A DNA stretch of 64,000 nt. Source: Candidatus Heimdallarchaeum aukensis (GTDB lineage: Archaea > Asgardarchaeota > Heimdallarchaeia > Heimdallarchaeales > Heimdallarchaeaceae). Position 1 is the first letter of the stretch; each line of letters opens with the position of its first letter. The notes under the pieces are model-generated. The model saw only the letters and a list, made by a program, of their open reading frames with translations, did no database searches and was not told where the DNA came from. Positions 27,258 to 37,662 of this stretch are shown in pieces. Where the stretch lies: contig CP084166.1 of assembly GCA_021513695.1 (NCBI GenBank), positions 2,272,001 to 2,336,000 of the forward strand. The letters run 5' to 3'. The position numbers and the translations under genes are program-made.

Positions 27258-28523
27258 TTGAATTACTCAAAGCGGTTTAATAATTGTCGAATGGCGGTTG
27301 TAACAATGAATAAAACTATACAAGAAACGCTTAAATGGTTTGAAAATGAAATTTCTTCTGAACTTGCTAAACCTAGAAAAACTGCTTCTAAGCACCTTGA
27401 TGTTATAAAAGATAGGGTAAATGATATTAAAGATACTTCAGAAAGATTTGATTATAGTGATGTTAACGATCCTGATGTTTATCAAAACTATGCTACATCA
27501 ATTTATAAGAAAACTTTAGAAAAAATGAATGAAATTGAATTTCCAGAAGTAATTACATATAAGAATATTGACGATTTTTATAATCGGACTTTAAATATCC
27601 TTAATTCATATATTGAAATTCTAGCGAAGTACTTAACTTGGCTTAAACGTGATCGTTCTTATAAAACTAGAGTTAAAAATTTAGATAGGGCAATTACTAG
27701 ATTACAGCAAGAATTGTATAAACTTAACACAAAAACACTTGATGAATACTTAGAATATGAAAAATATGAGAGCGTGATTGATGATTTAAACTATCTGCAG
27801 GAATTAATTAATAGAAAAAAAGAAATTGAAAATGAAATTGAATCTCACAAAGATGATATTGAGCGATTAGATAAAATCATTGCAGAAAAATCTCGTGAAA
27901 AAGAAGAATTAGAGGGTCACCCGGGTTTTGCACAGCTAAAAGAAAATAAGGCGAAACTTTCACAGATTGAACTTACTATCTCTTCCAAAGTTAATGAAAT
28001 TAAGAAATTATGCTCAAAAATACTTAAAGCTGCTGATACAAGAAAAGTTGAACTTGACGATTATACACGAGAGCTGATTAAATCTATTATCAAAAATCCG
28101 CTAGAAGAGCTTGTTAAGGAAACTGATGGATATCCTGGCATCAAAAGTATGTTAAAAGAAGTTAGAAAGATTAGTGAATCACCAAATATTCAAATGAAAA
28201 AGGAGAAACTAGAAAAAGCTTTTAACAATATGGAGGAAATTCTAAACGATAGTTTACTTGACCTACAAAAAGAAGCTAAATTTTTACTAAAACAAACACA
28301 AGCTATTGAAGAGAAATTCGCTGAATTAGAAATTGATCGGAAAATATCCAAATTAAAACGTGAAATTGAAGACCTAAAAATAGATAAAGATAGAATAACA
28401 TTAGCTCAACGACGCGAATTAGCTGAAATAGAAAAAGAAGTAAACAATCTTTATGAAGATTTAATGAAACGTATAGAAGAATATACTGGAAAACACGTAA
28501 ATATTCTCTTAGAAGCCACTTGA
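27258..28523 (+). CDS. Large coiled-coil protein (true start may be the internal ATG ~27306)
   Basis: 421 aa, heptad-rich E/K/L/I. No enzymatic motifs. Confidence 0.45.
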   Translation: MNYSKRFNNCRMAVVTMNKTIQETLKWFENEISSELAKPRKTASKHLDVIKDRVNDIKDTSERFDYSDVNDPDVYQNYATSIYKKTLEKMNEIEFPEVITYKNIDDFYNRTLNILNSYIEILAKYLTWLKRDRSYKTRVKNLDRAITRLQQELYKLNTKTLDEYLEYEKYESVIDDLNYLQELINRKKEIENEIESHKDDIERLDKIIAEKSREKEELEGHPGFAQLKENKAKLSQIELTISSKVNEIKKLCSKILKAADTRKVELDDYTRELIKSIIKNPLEELVKETDGYPGIKSMLKEVRKISESPNIQMKKEKLEKAFNNMEEILNDSLLDLQKEAKFLLKQTQAIEEKFAELEIDRKISKLKREIEDLKIDKDRITLAQRRELAEIEKEVNNLYEDLMKRIEEYTGKHVNILLEAT

Positions 28524-28694
28524 TTAATAGCTTTTTTTTTTATTTTTTATAAAGAAATGATATTGCAATTATCAACACAATTTTTAAATGATATGACTAA
28601 ATGATATAAGATAGTAAACATAGAACAACATTTAATATGTTTAACATCATTTAGCATATTAAGGATATGTAAATATATTTGAGGAGAATCAACT

Positions 28695-28994
28695 ATGATT
28701 TCACAAAAACAATTTGAAGAAACTCTGAAAAAGTTAGAAAGCCATCCCAGTGTAAGGGGCGTTATAATAACAAGTAATGATGGCTTACCTATCTCTAGTA
28801 CAAAAAATCTTTCAATAGAAATGCGAGAAAATGTTTCAGCATTAGTAGCTTCATTGGTTGGAAGAGCTAAAGCTGTGGTTAGCGAACTAGAAGAAGGAGA
28901 CTTGAATTTCTTTACTTTAGACACAACAAAGGGTGAGATTCTTGTCGCTCCAGAACAGGATTATGTGTTAATCGTTTTACGTAATAAGCAATAA
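28695..28994 (+). CDS. Roadblock/LC7 (MglB-like) domain protein
   Basis: 99 aa. [19 protein letters not shown] … [14 protein letters not shown] … [15 protein letters not shown] fits the roadblock alpha-beta-alpha fold. Confidence 0.7.
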   Translation: MISQKQFEETLKKLESHPSVRGVIITSNDGLPISSTKNLSIEMRENVSALVASLVGRAKAVVSELEEGDLNFFTLDTTKGEILVAPEQDYVLIVLRNKQ

Positions 28995-29065
28995 TAGAGT
29001 CATCATTAGTAGAAATTATATATAAAAGAAATAGGTTTCATTAAACAACGGAAGAGAGAGTTAGA

Positions 29066-29632
29066 ATGAGAAAAGATGCCTCAGGAAAGCAACACTTTAA
29101 GATAGTGTTTGTTGGACCTAGTTTAGCTGGAAAAACAACTTTACTTAGAAGACTCCATTCTGATGTCACAGGAATAAAAAAAGGTGGATTAAACAGTATA
29201 GAAGATCCTTCAGGAAGAACAATTTACTTTGATTTCTCACCTTTTATGGCGACATCAAATGTCATTTTGGATATTTACACAGTGGCTGGTCAAAAAAGGC
29301 ATAGACACCAAAGGGCGTTAGTTTTGAAGGGTGTTGACGGTCTCTTGTTTGTTGCAGATTCTTCAAGAGCGATGTTGGCCGATAATGTCGAATCAGCAGA
29401 AGAATTGAAAAAAGAACTTGGAGACAAATTAAACAATGAGATTCCACTAGTTATAGTTCTAAATAAACGTGATTTGCCAGATGCAATGGATAAACGAGAG
29501 TTAATCGATGCTTTAAATCTTGGAACAAATTTACCAGTTTACGAAACAATCGCCACAGAAGGTATAGGTGTTAAACGCGCTTTTCAGTCCCTAGCTAGAG
29601 AAGTTTTATTAAAACAAGTTTATAACATGTAG
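29066..29632 (+). CDS. Small Ras-superfamily GTPase, MglA/Arf-like
   Basis: G1 GPSLAGKTT, G3 TVAGQ (MglA-type), G4 LNKRDL. 188 aa. 71 bp downstream of the roadblock gene. Confidence 0.75.
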   Translation: MRKDASGKQHFKIVFVGPSLAGKTTLLRRLHSDVTGIKKGGLNSIEDPSGRTIYFDFSPFMATSNVILDIYTVAGQKRHRHQRALVLKGVDGLLFVADSSRAMLADNVESAEELKKELGDKLNNEIPLVIVLNKRDLPDAMDKRELIDALNLGTNLPVYETIATEGIGVKRAFQSLAREVLLKQVYNM

Positions 29633-29653
29633 GAATAATCGTCACATAATAAG

Positions 29654-30994
29654 ATGAACTTGGAGAACAATTTTTTAACCTTTTTTTTAGCTTGTAAATA
29701 TCGTTTTAAAAATTTAAAAGGAGAAAAGCTTCAAAGATATCAAGAAAATCGGTTGAAGAAAATTGTTGATTATAGTGTAAAAAATTCTCCTTTTTTTAAG
29801 AGGTATTATTCTAATTACAACATTAATGATGTTTTCAATTTACCGACTGTAAATAAACATATAATGATGGAAAACCTATCAGAGTATAACACAGTTGGTT
29901 TTACAAAAGAAGAATTAATCAATTTCTGTTTGGAAGTGGAAAGGTCTAGGGACTTTTCTAAGAGATATAAAAAGTATAATGTTGCTATGTCTTCTGGAAC
30001 AAGCGGAAATAAAGGAATTGTAATAACTAGTCCAAAAGAAGAACGATATCTTAAAGCAGCTTTTTTTGCACGATTCCCTTTTCCTAGAACCTTGAAATTA
30101 AATATCGCTTTTATTTTGAGGGTTAGTACTCCTGCATTTAACATTAATAAATTTGGACAGAAACTCACCCATTTCAGTTTGCTTGATCCCCTAGAAGAAA
30201 TAGTAGAAAATCTAAACTCGCTTCAACCAAATATTCTCTCTGCTCCTCCTTCAATGCTCAATCTTCTTGCGGACGAGTACAGTGAGGGAAAGTTATGCAT
30301 TAAACCAAAAAAAATTATCTCTTATGCTGAAATCTTATATCCCGATATTAGAAAAAAAGTTGAAGAAACTTTTGGTATTAGAATTGATGAAATCTACCAA
30401 GCAAGTGAAGGCCCAATCGCTATGACTTGTAAACATGGATCATTACACATAAATGAAGACCTACTTGTTTTACAAACTCTAAACGAAGATGGTAGTCCAA
30501 CAGAAAAAGGAGAACTTTGCCACAAACTTATTGTATCTGATTTATATAAAACATCTCAACCCATAATCCGCTTTGAACTTAACGATATGATTAGAATAAG
30601 AGCTGAAAAATGTACTTGCGGTTCTGGATTTAGAATAATCGATGAAATTGTAGGGCGAACTGATGATTTATTAATTGGGGTTAATTCATCTACTGGTCAG
30701 GTTCATTACATTTTTCCTGATTATATACGCAGAGCTATTATCTCTTCTTCTGAGCAAGTAATCGAGTATCAAGCAATTCAAACCAGTAAAAACAGATTAG
30801 AAATTTCAATTCAATTATCAAAAGATAAAGACGAATTCCAAAACATCAAATCAGTTATCAAAAGAGCTGTAGAACAAGTTTTCAAAACTTACAATTGTGA
30901 GATTCCTGATGTTACAGTGAAAATTAGTCAATCTCAACTTCATCCAGTTTCTAAGAAGTTAATACGCATTCAACGAAAGTTTTCTATTGCTTGA
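29654..30994 (+). CDS. Adenylate-forming enzyme, PaaK/CapK/F390-synthetase-like (ANL superfamily)
   Basis: AMP-binding P-loop MSSGTSGNKGIV, YQASEGP, and a C-terminal ligase-domain Lys region. Confidence 0.55.
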   Translation: MNLENNFLTFFLACKYRFKNLKGEKLQRYQENRLKKIVDYSVKNSPFFKRYYSNYNINDVFNLPTVNKHIMMENLSEYNTVGFTKEELINFCLEVERSRDFSKRYKKYNVAMSSGTSGNKGIVITSPKEERYLKAAFFARFPFPRTLKLNIAFILRVSTPAFNINKFGQKLTHFSLLDPLEEIVENLNSLQPNILSAPPSMLNLLADEYSEGKLCIKPKKIISYAEILYPDIRKKVEETFGIRIDEIYQASEGPIAMTCKHGSLHINEDLLVLQTLNEDGSPTEKGELCHKLIVSDLYKTSQPIIRFELNDMIRIRAEKCTCGSGFRIIDEIVGRTDDLLIGVNSSTGQVHYIFPDYIRRAIISSSEQVIEYQAIQTSKNRLEISIQLSKDKDEFQNIKSVIKRAVEQVFKTYNCEIPDVTVKISQSQLHPVSKKLIRIQRKFSIA

Positions 30995-31046
30995 AGATTA
31001 ACTCTTCTCTTTAAACTTTATATACGAGAGCATTAATTTTCCTTTT

Positions 31047-32309
31047 ATGCGCCGTTATTTATCTATAGATTTTCTTCGAGGGTTAGGCATATTTTTTGTT
31101 GTGTTATTACATCAGCTTGTGTTTCATTACACTAATATTATTGAAGCAATTGAAAATCCCAACATTATTGTAATAATAGTAGGTTTTCTTTTAGAATTTG
31201 GAGGATTATTTGTTATAATCTCATCTATGGCGCATACGGTAACCAACTATGGAAGATTGAGAGACAATACTCAATCTCTCAGAAATATCTTAACTAGTTC
31301 AATTTTTTATGGATTCTTTTTCTTAATAATGAATTACATTTATTTCCTTATTTTTGCTCCTGGTCTATTAGACAGAGGTGTGGGAGAATTCAGAATGTCT
31401 ATTATTCCCGCTTTAATAAGGAAAGGAGTTTTTGTTCCTCCTGACATTGATCGTTATTTCCACGCAACTATTTTGGGAATCATTGGTTGGAGTATAATCT
31501 TTGTGAATATAGTTCTTTATTTCATATTTAGGAAAAATGGTTTACAAAAAGTTAAACGAAATATAATAATCATGTTTACCATAGGGACTCTATTTACAGT
31601 AGCAGGATTATCTCGAATATATCTTTATCCCGTATTTAACGGACTTGTTGACAATTCAAATTATTTTTCTGCGATTTTCCTTGGATTTTTAGTAAATAAT
31701 TATTATCCAATTTTTCCTTATCTTGGGTTCGCTTTCTATGGTTCTATGATAGGGTTAGCAATAGTGTATGAAGAATATAAAAAATATTACTGGAAGTTCT
31801 TTTTTGTTCTTGGTTTTTTCTGGTTAATATTAGGTGTTGCTGGTTATGTCTCTTTTGAAGATACAATGCTTGAGCGAGCTGTTGATATGCATGCTGTTTC
31901 TTTTGAAGCACTAATGTTAGGTATTTTTATTCTGTTATTTCAACTATTCTTTAAACTCATTGATCAAAATGGAGATGATGTTAGCCCAAAAAAAGAAAAA
32001 ACTACTCGTTTCTTTAGAAGATTTGGTGTTGTTTCATTTACAATTTTTATGTTTGAAACTACCTTCTCTGAACTGATCGGAAAAGTATTCGATTTAGTTT
32101 GGGCTGGCTGGAACACAGAAATGTGGTCATGTTTTATATTTTCATTTACAAATCTGATTCTTTGGACAATTATTATTGTTTTATGGGAAAAAACGGGATT
32201 TAAATATGGGTTAGAATGGATGACTGGAAAGATCCTCTATTTACTAGTAAAACGCCCTTCTACAAAAATCTATTTGAAGCAAATTCTATATTTAGAGGAA
32301 ACAAAATAA
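31047..32309 (+). CDS. Polytopic membrane protein, acyltransferase-3 / DUF1624 (HGSNAT)-like
   Basis: N-terminal RYLSIDFLRGLGIFFVVLLHQ matches the RxxxxDxxRGxAxxxVxxxH family start. ~10 predicted TM helices. Confidence 0.4.
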   Translation: MRRYLSIDFLRGLGIFFVVLLHQLVFHYTNIIEAIENPNIIVIIVGFLLEFGGLFVIISSMAHTVTNYGRLRDNTQSLRNILTSSIFYGFFFLIMNYIYFLIFAPGLLDRGVGEFRMSIIPALIRKGVFVPPDIDRYFHATILGIIGWSIIFVNIVLYFIFRKNGLQKVKRNIIIMFTIGTLFTVAGLSRIYLYPVFNGLVDNSNYFSAIFLGFLVNNYYPIFPYLGFAFYGSMIGLAIVYEEYKKYYWKFFFVLGFFWLILGVAGYVSFEDTMLERAVDMHAVSFEALMLGIFILLFQLFFKLIDQNGDDVSPKKEKTTRFFRRFGVVSFTIFMFETTFSELIGKVFDLVWAGWNTEMWSCFIFSFTNLILWTIIIVLWEKTGFKYGLEWMTGKILYLLVKRPSTKIYLKQILYLEETK

Positions 32310-32356
32310 TACTTTTTTCTACCCCTATTATGTAACAAACAATTAATTAACAGGCA

Positions 32357-32833
32357 ATGAGAACTTTTTTTAGATTGAGAATGAGTTTAAAAACAAGTTT
32401 CTACTGCTATGGACATAAAAATGTTTTATGTAAGCATTTAACTACACTTGAATTTACTACAGATGACTTTCTTACATTAAGAGGTGACTGTATAATAGGA
32501 ATAAGATCCAACATGAGTTTGTTTTCACTACCAGAAAAAATGAAACAATTTATCAGAAATGATAATACAAAAATAATTGTCAAGATGGAAGTTGACGATT
32601 TAGTTGAAGAAGTAATAGGCTATGGAAATTCAAAGCTGGAATTATCAGACACACATGCAATGATTATTAGAAAAAGCTCTTACACATGTTCAAGGACTTT
32701 AATGATAGGTGCAAATAAGGCTGCAATTGATATTTCAAGAGAGATTGTTCAAAAAATGAAAAACCCTGATTCTAAAATGAGGGTCACAATTCAAGTGTTT
32801 CCTGCAGATAATAGAAGATCAATACACGCATGA
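32357..32833 (+). CDS. Conserved archaeal hypothetical (DUF371-like)
   Basis: YGHKNVLCKHLTTLEFTTDDFLTLRGDCIIGIR resembles the DUF371 core (RGDCII). Recalled from memory. Confidence 0.35.
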   Translation: MRTFFRLRMSLKTSFYCYGHKNVLCKHLTTLEFTTDDFLTLRGDCIIGIRSNMSLFSLPEKMKQFIRNDNTKIIVKMEVDDLVEEVIGYGNSKLELSDTHAMIIRKSSYTCSRTLMIGANKAAIDISREIVQKMKNPDSKMRVTIQVFPADNRRSIHA

Positions 32834-33864
32834 ATCTCATGTGGAGCACTTTCTCTTATTTTTTGAAAGTGAAGAATTTGCTTTATTCTCCAATTTGTTT
32901 TACTTAACTCGTTTTTTACTAAATTGTAGAGGTCATTTCTTCCTGTTTCATCTTTGACAAAAGAATAAAAGTGTAGAATTGTTCCTTCTTTAAAAATTTG
33001 TGAAGCTAATTGTAGAAATTGGATGGACGTTTTTGGTAAATTCATAATGACTCTGTCGGTTTTAGGTAGGTTGTCTATAATTTCTCTAATATCACCTACA
33101 ATTGGGTAAATTTTTCCTTTAAGTTTGTTTAGTGAAATTGATTTCTTAAGGCAATCAATAGCTTTTTGGTTAATATCTATTCCATAAATAGTAGCTTTTG
33201 TTTTTTTGGCTATATGAAGAGGAAAAGGACCTGTACTTGTAAACATGTCTACAACAATTTCTCCCTCTTTGACTAAATTTGCTATTCGATTATGTTCGTC
33301 TCCTAACCTGGGACTAAAATATGTTTTTTCTACATCTACAAATATTCTTATTCCATATTCTTTATGAATTGTTTCGGTTTTTTTTTCGCCAAATAAATGT
33401 TCAATTTTTCTGAGTCTGTATTCACCTGAGACAGCAGAAGTTTTTCTATAAACACTTTTTATTGAAGGAAAGAGGTTACAAAGCATCTTTCCAATTTCAT
33501 GTTTAAAAGGTGAAAGCGTTTCATCAAATTCGATAATTGCGATGTCACCAATTTGATCAAACGATTTTGGGATAAAATCCACCATATTATTTGGAATAAC
33601 ATTTTTTAAAGCTTCAGCAAGGCTTTTTGGTTTTTGTCTTTTTTTCTTAAAGAAAAATTCTACTATCTCTCCTTGCTCTTTTAGTGGAAAATCATTGATG
33701 AAGGCTTTTTTTTTATCAAGATTTATTTTTAATGGAAAAAAAAGATAGTCTTCTTGTTTTGAAATTTTAAAATTAAAATCCAAATAATTGTTATTAATTA
33801 ACCATTTTCTAGTCTGTTCTCCATATGAACAATGAATTTTTAATGCAATGGAACGAACAGACAT
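32791..33864 (-). CDS. trm5: tRNA (guanine37-N1)-methyltransferase Trm5 / Taw2-like
   Basis: Met-10+ like fold: VVDMFTSTGPFPLHIA (DMFxGxGxF), IYGIDIN, NLPKTS. Confidence 0.65.
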   Translation of the reverse strand: MSVRSIALKIHCSYGEQTRKWLINNNYLDFNFKISKQEDYLFFPLKINLDKKKAFINDFPLKEQGEIVEFFFKKKRQKPKSLAEALKNVIPNNMVDFIPKSFDQIGDIAIIEFDETLSPFKHEIGKMLCNLFPSIKSVYRKTSAVSGEYRLRKIEHLFGEKKTETIHKEYGIRIFVDVEKTYFSPRLGDEHNRIANLVKEGEIVVDMFTSTGPFPLHIAKKTKATIYGIDINQKAIDCLKKSISLNKLKGKIYPIVGDIREIIDNLPKTDRVIMNLPKTSIQFLQLASQIFKEGTILHFYSFVKDETGRNDLYNLVKNELSKTNWRIKQILHFQKIRESAPHEIHACIDLLLSAGNT

Positions 33865-34023
33865 ACTTTGCTTTCATTTTGTTTTTTTATAAATTTATTT
33901 TTATAGAATGAATTTTTTCTTTTTTATGCGTAAAGAAAAGAAAAAGTGAGAACCAACAAGCGATAAGAGTTTTTATACTAAATTAGCTTACGAAAAATAT
34001 AGCTAATAAAGACAGAATAATTA

Positions 34024-34455
34024 TTATTGTTTAATCTTTTCTTTTTTGACTACTTTGATTTCATCAATTTCTGTAACAGGATACTGTCCATCTTTATCTT
34101 TTTCTAGATATTTTACCATATCCCAGATTGTTGAAAGGAAAATACTTACTCCTACAACTGCTTCCATTTCTACTCCTGTCCGAGCAACAGTCTTTACTGT
34201 TACCTCTACAATTATCTCCTCTTCTTTAATCTCATGATTAAAATCAACGTGTGTTATTGGTATTTGATGACACATAGGAATTAGTTCAGGAGTACGTTTA
34301 ATTGCTTGCATAGCTGCAATTTTTCCTACAACTAATGGGTCACCTTTTTTTATTGTGCGTTCATTTATTTGTTTTATAGTTTCTTTTTTAAGTTGTATTT
34401 TTCCTCTAGCTGTAGCGATCCTGGTAATATGATTTTTATTACTTATATCAATCAT
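34024..34455 (-). CDS. moaC: Cyclic pyranopterin monophosphate synthase MoaC
   Basis: MIDISNK…GKIAAMQAIKRTPELIPMCHQIPITHVDF…VARTGVEMEA. Start taken at the internal Met, giving an 8-nt overlap with moaA. Confidence 0.8.
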   Translation of the reverse strand: MIDISNKNHITRIATARGKIQLKKETIKQINERTIKKGDPLVVGKIAAMQAIKRTPELIPMCHQIPITHVDFNHEIKEEEIIVEVTVKTVARTGVEMEAVVGVSIFLSTIWDMVKYLEKDKDGQYPVTEIDEIKVVKKEKIKQ

Positions 34456-35350
34456 AGAAATTTTTTCCTTTGACAAAAAAGGGTCTCCTCCTTTCCATTG
34501 CTTTTTTAAGAGATTTCTCAATATCTTCTTCTATTGGAACTAGGTTGTCAATTCTGTATAAACATGGTTGAAATTGAAAATCGTTTGTTACACGTAAAGT
34601 CTTACAATTCATGCAGAAATTGGTGTTGTGAACTGGATTAACTATTTCTATTTTTGCACCGTTTGGGAGAGTATACTGTTTTCTATGATGTAAATCTCTT
34701 ATTTTTATTTCAACCGCTTCTTTTTCTAATTTTGAAGCAAGATCTTTTAGACTAACATGAAATTTGTTAAAGTATTCTTTGTCTAAATCGATTAATTCAA
34801 TGATTTGCAACATAACATCCTTTTCTGCAGCAAAATTAATCATAGGTTCAATCTCATTCTCATTTATGCCCTTTAGTAAAACCATGTTTAGTTTGATAGG
34901 TGTCAAACCTATTTCTTGTGCAATTGTAATTTGCTTGTCTATTGACTTTAATGATTTATACGAAGGGTTGTAGTGATATGAGTCACAACTGATGTTTACC
35001 CTATCTAAACCTGCTTCTTTTAGCTGTTCTGCATATTTTTCTAATAGAAGTCCATTTGTTGTCATAGATAAATCTTCAATTTTTGGGTGCGATGAAAAAA
35101 TTTTTACTATGTCAACAATTTGGGGGTGAATTAAAGGCTCTCCACCCGTAATTTTTATGCTTGATATTGAATACTTGTCAATAATCGACAAAAGTTTTTT
35201 TATTTGATCAAGAGTTAATTTATTAGAATTATGTGAAGAAAAACCTTCATTGTGGCAATAAGGGCAGTTTAGGTTACAACTAGAAATAACAGAAACTCTT
35301 AATCTTGTTATCTCTCTATTGTATTTATCTATTAGTTTTATAATGATCAC
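34448..35350 (-). CDS. moaA: GTP 3',8-cyclase MoaA (radical SAM)
   Basis: CNLNCPYCHNEG (CxxxCxxC). C-terminal MoaA-like Cys cluster CMNC. Confidence 0.85.
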   Translation of the reverse strand: MIIIKLIDKYNREITRLRVSVISSCNLNCPYCHNEGFSSHNSNKLTLDQIKKLLSIIDKYSISSIKITGGEPLIHPQIVDIVKIFSSHPKIEDLSMTTNGLLLEKYAEQLKEAGLDRVNISCDSYHYNPSYKSLKSIDKQITIAQEIGLTPIKLNMVLLKGINENEIEPMINFAAEKDVMLQIIELIDLDKEYFNKFHVSLKDLASKLEKEAVEIKIRDLHHRKQYTLPNGAKIEIVNPVHNTNFCMNCKTLRVTNDFQFQPCLYRIDNLVPIEEDIEKSLKKAMERRRPFFVKGKNFYD

Positions 35351-35353
35351 CTG

Positions 35354-35800
35354 TTATTTAATAACCTCTATTTTATCGTCAACAGAGATGGTTCCTGTTT
35401 TTATAACTTTAGTAAATATTCCTTCTTTTGGCATAATACAATTTCCCACTAACTTCCTTATTTCACAGCCATGATGGCACTCTTTTCCGATTTGAGTAAC
35501 TTCTAAAACTACATTATTTATCTTTATTTTTGTTCCAATTGGTAGTTCATGAAGTGATATACCTTCTGTCGTTATATTTTCAGCAAAATCACCGTAGTTA
35601 AGGGATAAACCTTGTTTTTTCATCTTGTCAATACTTTCTTTTGCTAAAAGAGAAACTTGTCTGTGCCAATCTCCAGCGTGAGAATCCCCTTTTAATCCAG
35701 TTTGGGTAATTTCACAGCTGTACACATTAGTTTTTTTTGTTCCTTTTCTTTCACTAATATTTACAGCTTTAACCCTTCCTATCATTTCAATAAAAAGCAC
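35354..35800 (-). CDS. MOSC domain protein
   Basis: ~148 aa beta-barrel-like. Conserved Cys near the C-terminus (GKECHHGCEI). Confidence 0.55.
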   Translation of the reverse strand: MLFIEMIGRVKAVNISERKGTKKTNVYSCEITQTGLKGDSHAGDWHRQVSLLAKESIDKMKKQGLSLNYGDFAENITTEGISLHELPIGTKIKINNVVLEVTQIGKECHHGCEIRKLVGNCIMPKEGIFTKVIKTGTISVDDKIEVIK

Positions 35801-35905
35801 CTATGTTCTTTTTTAAATATTTACTATTTACACTTTTACTTGTAGAGACAGAGAGAATCCTTGCCATTTGTTAAAATTTATAAAAGGAGAGACGACAATC
35901 AAAGT

Positions 35906-37114
35906 ATGAGACCCTTTAAAAGATTAATTAGTTTAGATGAAGCTTTAAGAATTCTAGATGAAAATACAACTCCATTATCTGAAACGGAAACTGTTTCTAT
36001 CTTTGAATTATTAGGTAGAGTTTCTGCACAAGATGTCATTGCTGACCTAAATATTCCCCCATTTAACAGATCAGCAATGGATGGTTTTGCTGTGAAAGCA
36101 TCCTCAACTTTTTTGGCTTCTGATAGAAATCCTGTGTATTTGGAGTGTATAGATAAAATACTAGCGGGTGACGTTCCGCATAAAGAAATAAATGAAAATG
36201 AGTGCATTGAAATCGCAACAGGAGCAATGCTTCCTAGTTCTGCAGATGCTGTAGTTCCAGTGGAATATACTAATAGAGAAGGAAATAAAATTGAAATTAT
36301 CAAAAGTTTTCCTCCTAACGCTAACGTTTCCTTAGAAGGTGTTGACATTAAAAAAGGAGAAAAAGTTATTGAAAAGGGAATGGTTCTAGTTCCAGGAAGA
36401 ATAGGTGTGTTAGCTGCCTTAAATATCTCTTCTTTAGAAGTTTACCGGAAACCAAAGGTTGCAATTATTCCAACAGGAAGAGAGATTGCTCCTTTAGGTG
36501 GAGAATTAAAATTAGGACAAGTCTATGACATTAATACTTATACAATTACCTCTTTAATAAAAGATATTGGTGGAGAACCAATTGTTTTTGATATTGTAGA
36601 AGATAAATTCGAAGATCTGGAAAAAGCAATTTTAGAAGCATTAGAAAAAGCAGATTTAGTTTTGATACTAGGCGGAAGTTCTGTTGGAGAGAGAGACATT
36701 AACATTGACGTATTAGAAAAACATGGTACTATACTTTTTCACGGAATTCAACTTAAACCAGGAAAACCGAATTTATGTGCAAAAATTAATGGAAAATTAG
36801 TTTTAAATCTTGCAGGTTATCCTACGTCTTGTCTTACTAATGGCTATATTATCGTTTCTCCAGTTTTAAAGAAAATGGCTCGCCTTCCTCAAAGACCAAA
36901 ACAGAAAATCAAAGCAAAGTTAGGAAGAAAAATTGTTTCAAACCTTGGAAGACATCAGTTTTTCACTGTACGTTTAGAAGGTGATATCGCCTATCCCGCA
37001 TTCAAAGAATCTGGTGCAATTACAAGTATTGCTTTAGCTGATGGTTATATTGAAATCCCCTATAATGTAGATTTGATTGAAGAAGGGGCAGAAGTTGAAG
37101 TAACATTATTTTAG
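35906..37114 (+). CDS. moeA: Molybdopterin molybdenumtransferase MoeA
   Basis: SAMDGFAV, IATGAMLP, PTGREI, ILGGSSVGERD. Start at the SD-preceded ATG 35906 rather than 35861. Confidence 0.8.
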   Translation: MRPFKRLISLDEALRILDENTTPLSETETVSIFELLGRVSAQDVIADLNIPPFNRSAMDGFAVKASSTFLASDRNPVYLECIDKILAGDVPHKEINENECIEIATGAMLPSSADAVVPVEYTNREGNKIEIIKSFPPNANVSLEGVDIKKGEKVIEKGMVLVPGRIGVLAALNISSLEVYRKPKVAIIPTGREIAPLGGELKLGQVYDINTYTITSLIKDIGGEPIVFDIVEDKFEDLEKAILEALEKADLVLILGGSSVGERDINIDVLEKHGTILFHGIQLKPGKPNLCAKINGKLVLNLAGYPTSCLTNGYIIVSPVLKKMARLPQRPKQKIKAKLGRKIVSNLGRHQFFTVRLEGDIAYPAFKESGAITSIALADGYIEIPYNVDLIEEGAEVEVTLF

Positions 37115-37650
37115 TGATTAAAATGAATGAAACTCCCAAAGAGAAACATACGGTTAACAAAAACATTTCAATAAATGTTCAGCTTATAATGGTAAGTGAT
37201 TCTTTATCTAAAGCAGATGATATAACTAGAAAAAGAAACGATAAATCTGGAAATATAGCTAAAGATATGCTTGAAAAAGCAGGGATTTCTCCAGGAACTA
37301 TAATTTATGTAGAGGATAGCCTTGCAGAAATTCAGAAAAAAATAAAGCTAGCAGTTGAAGAAGGCAAAAATTTTATTATAACTATGGGTGGAACCGGAAT
37401 TAGCTCACGAGACGTAACTATTGAAGCAGTAAAACCTTTATTAACAAAACAGCTAGATGGTTTTGGAGAACTCTTCCGATCTCTAACATTTGAACAAGTA
37501 GGTACAGTTTCAATAATGACCCGTGCACTTGCAGGAATAATAAAACAATCACTTGTTGTTTCTCTCCCAGGTTCTCCAAATGCAGTTAAATTAGGAATAG
37601 ATATTATCTTAAAAGAGCTGATGCATATATTGAATTTAATTAGTAGATAG
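37114..37650 (+). CDS. moaB: Molybdenum cofactor biosynthesis protein MoaB/MogA
   Basis: GGTGISSRD, LPGSPNAV. Confidence 0.75.
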   Translation: MIKMNETPKEKHTVNKNISINVQLIMVSDSLSKADDITRKRNDKSGNIAKDMLEKAGISPGTIIYVEDSLAEIQKKIKLAVEEGKNFIITMGGTGISSRDVTIEAVKPLLTKQLDGFGELFRSLTFEQVGTVSIMTRALAGIIKQSLVVSLPGSPNAVKLGIDIILKELMHILNLISR

Positions 37651-37662
37651 TGAGATGAATAA

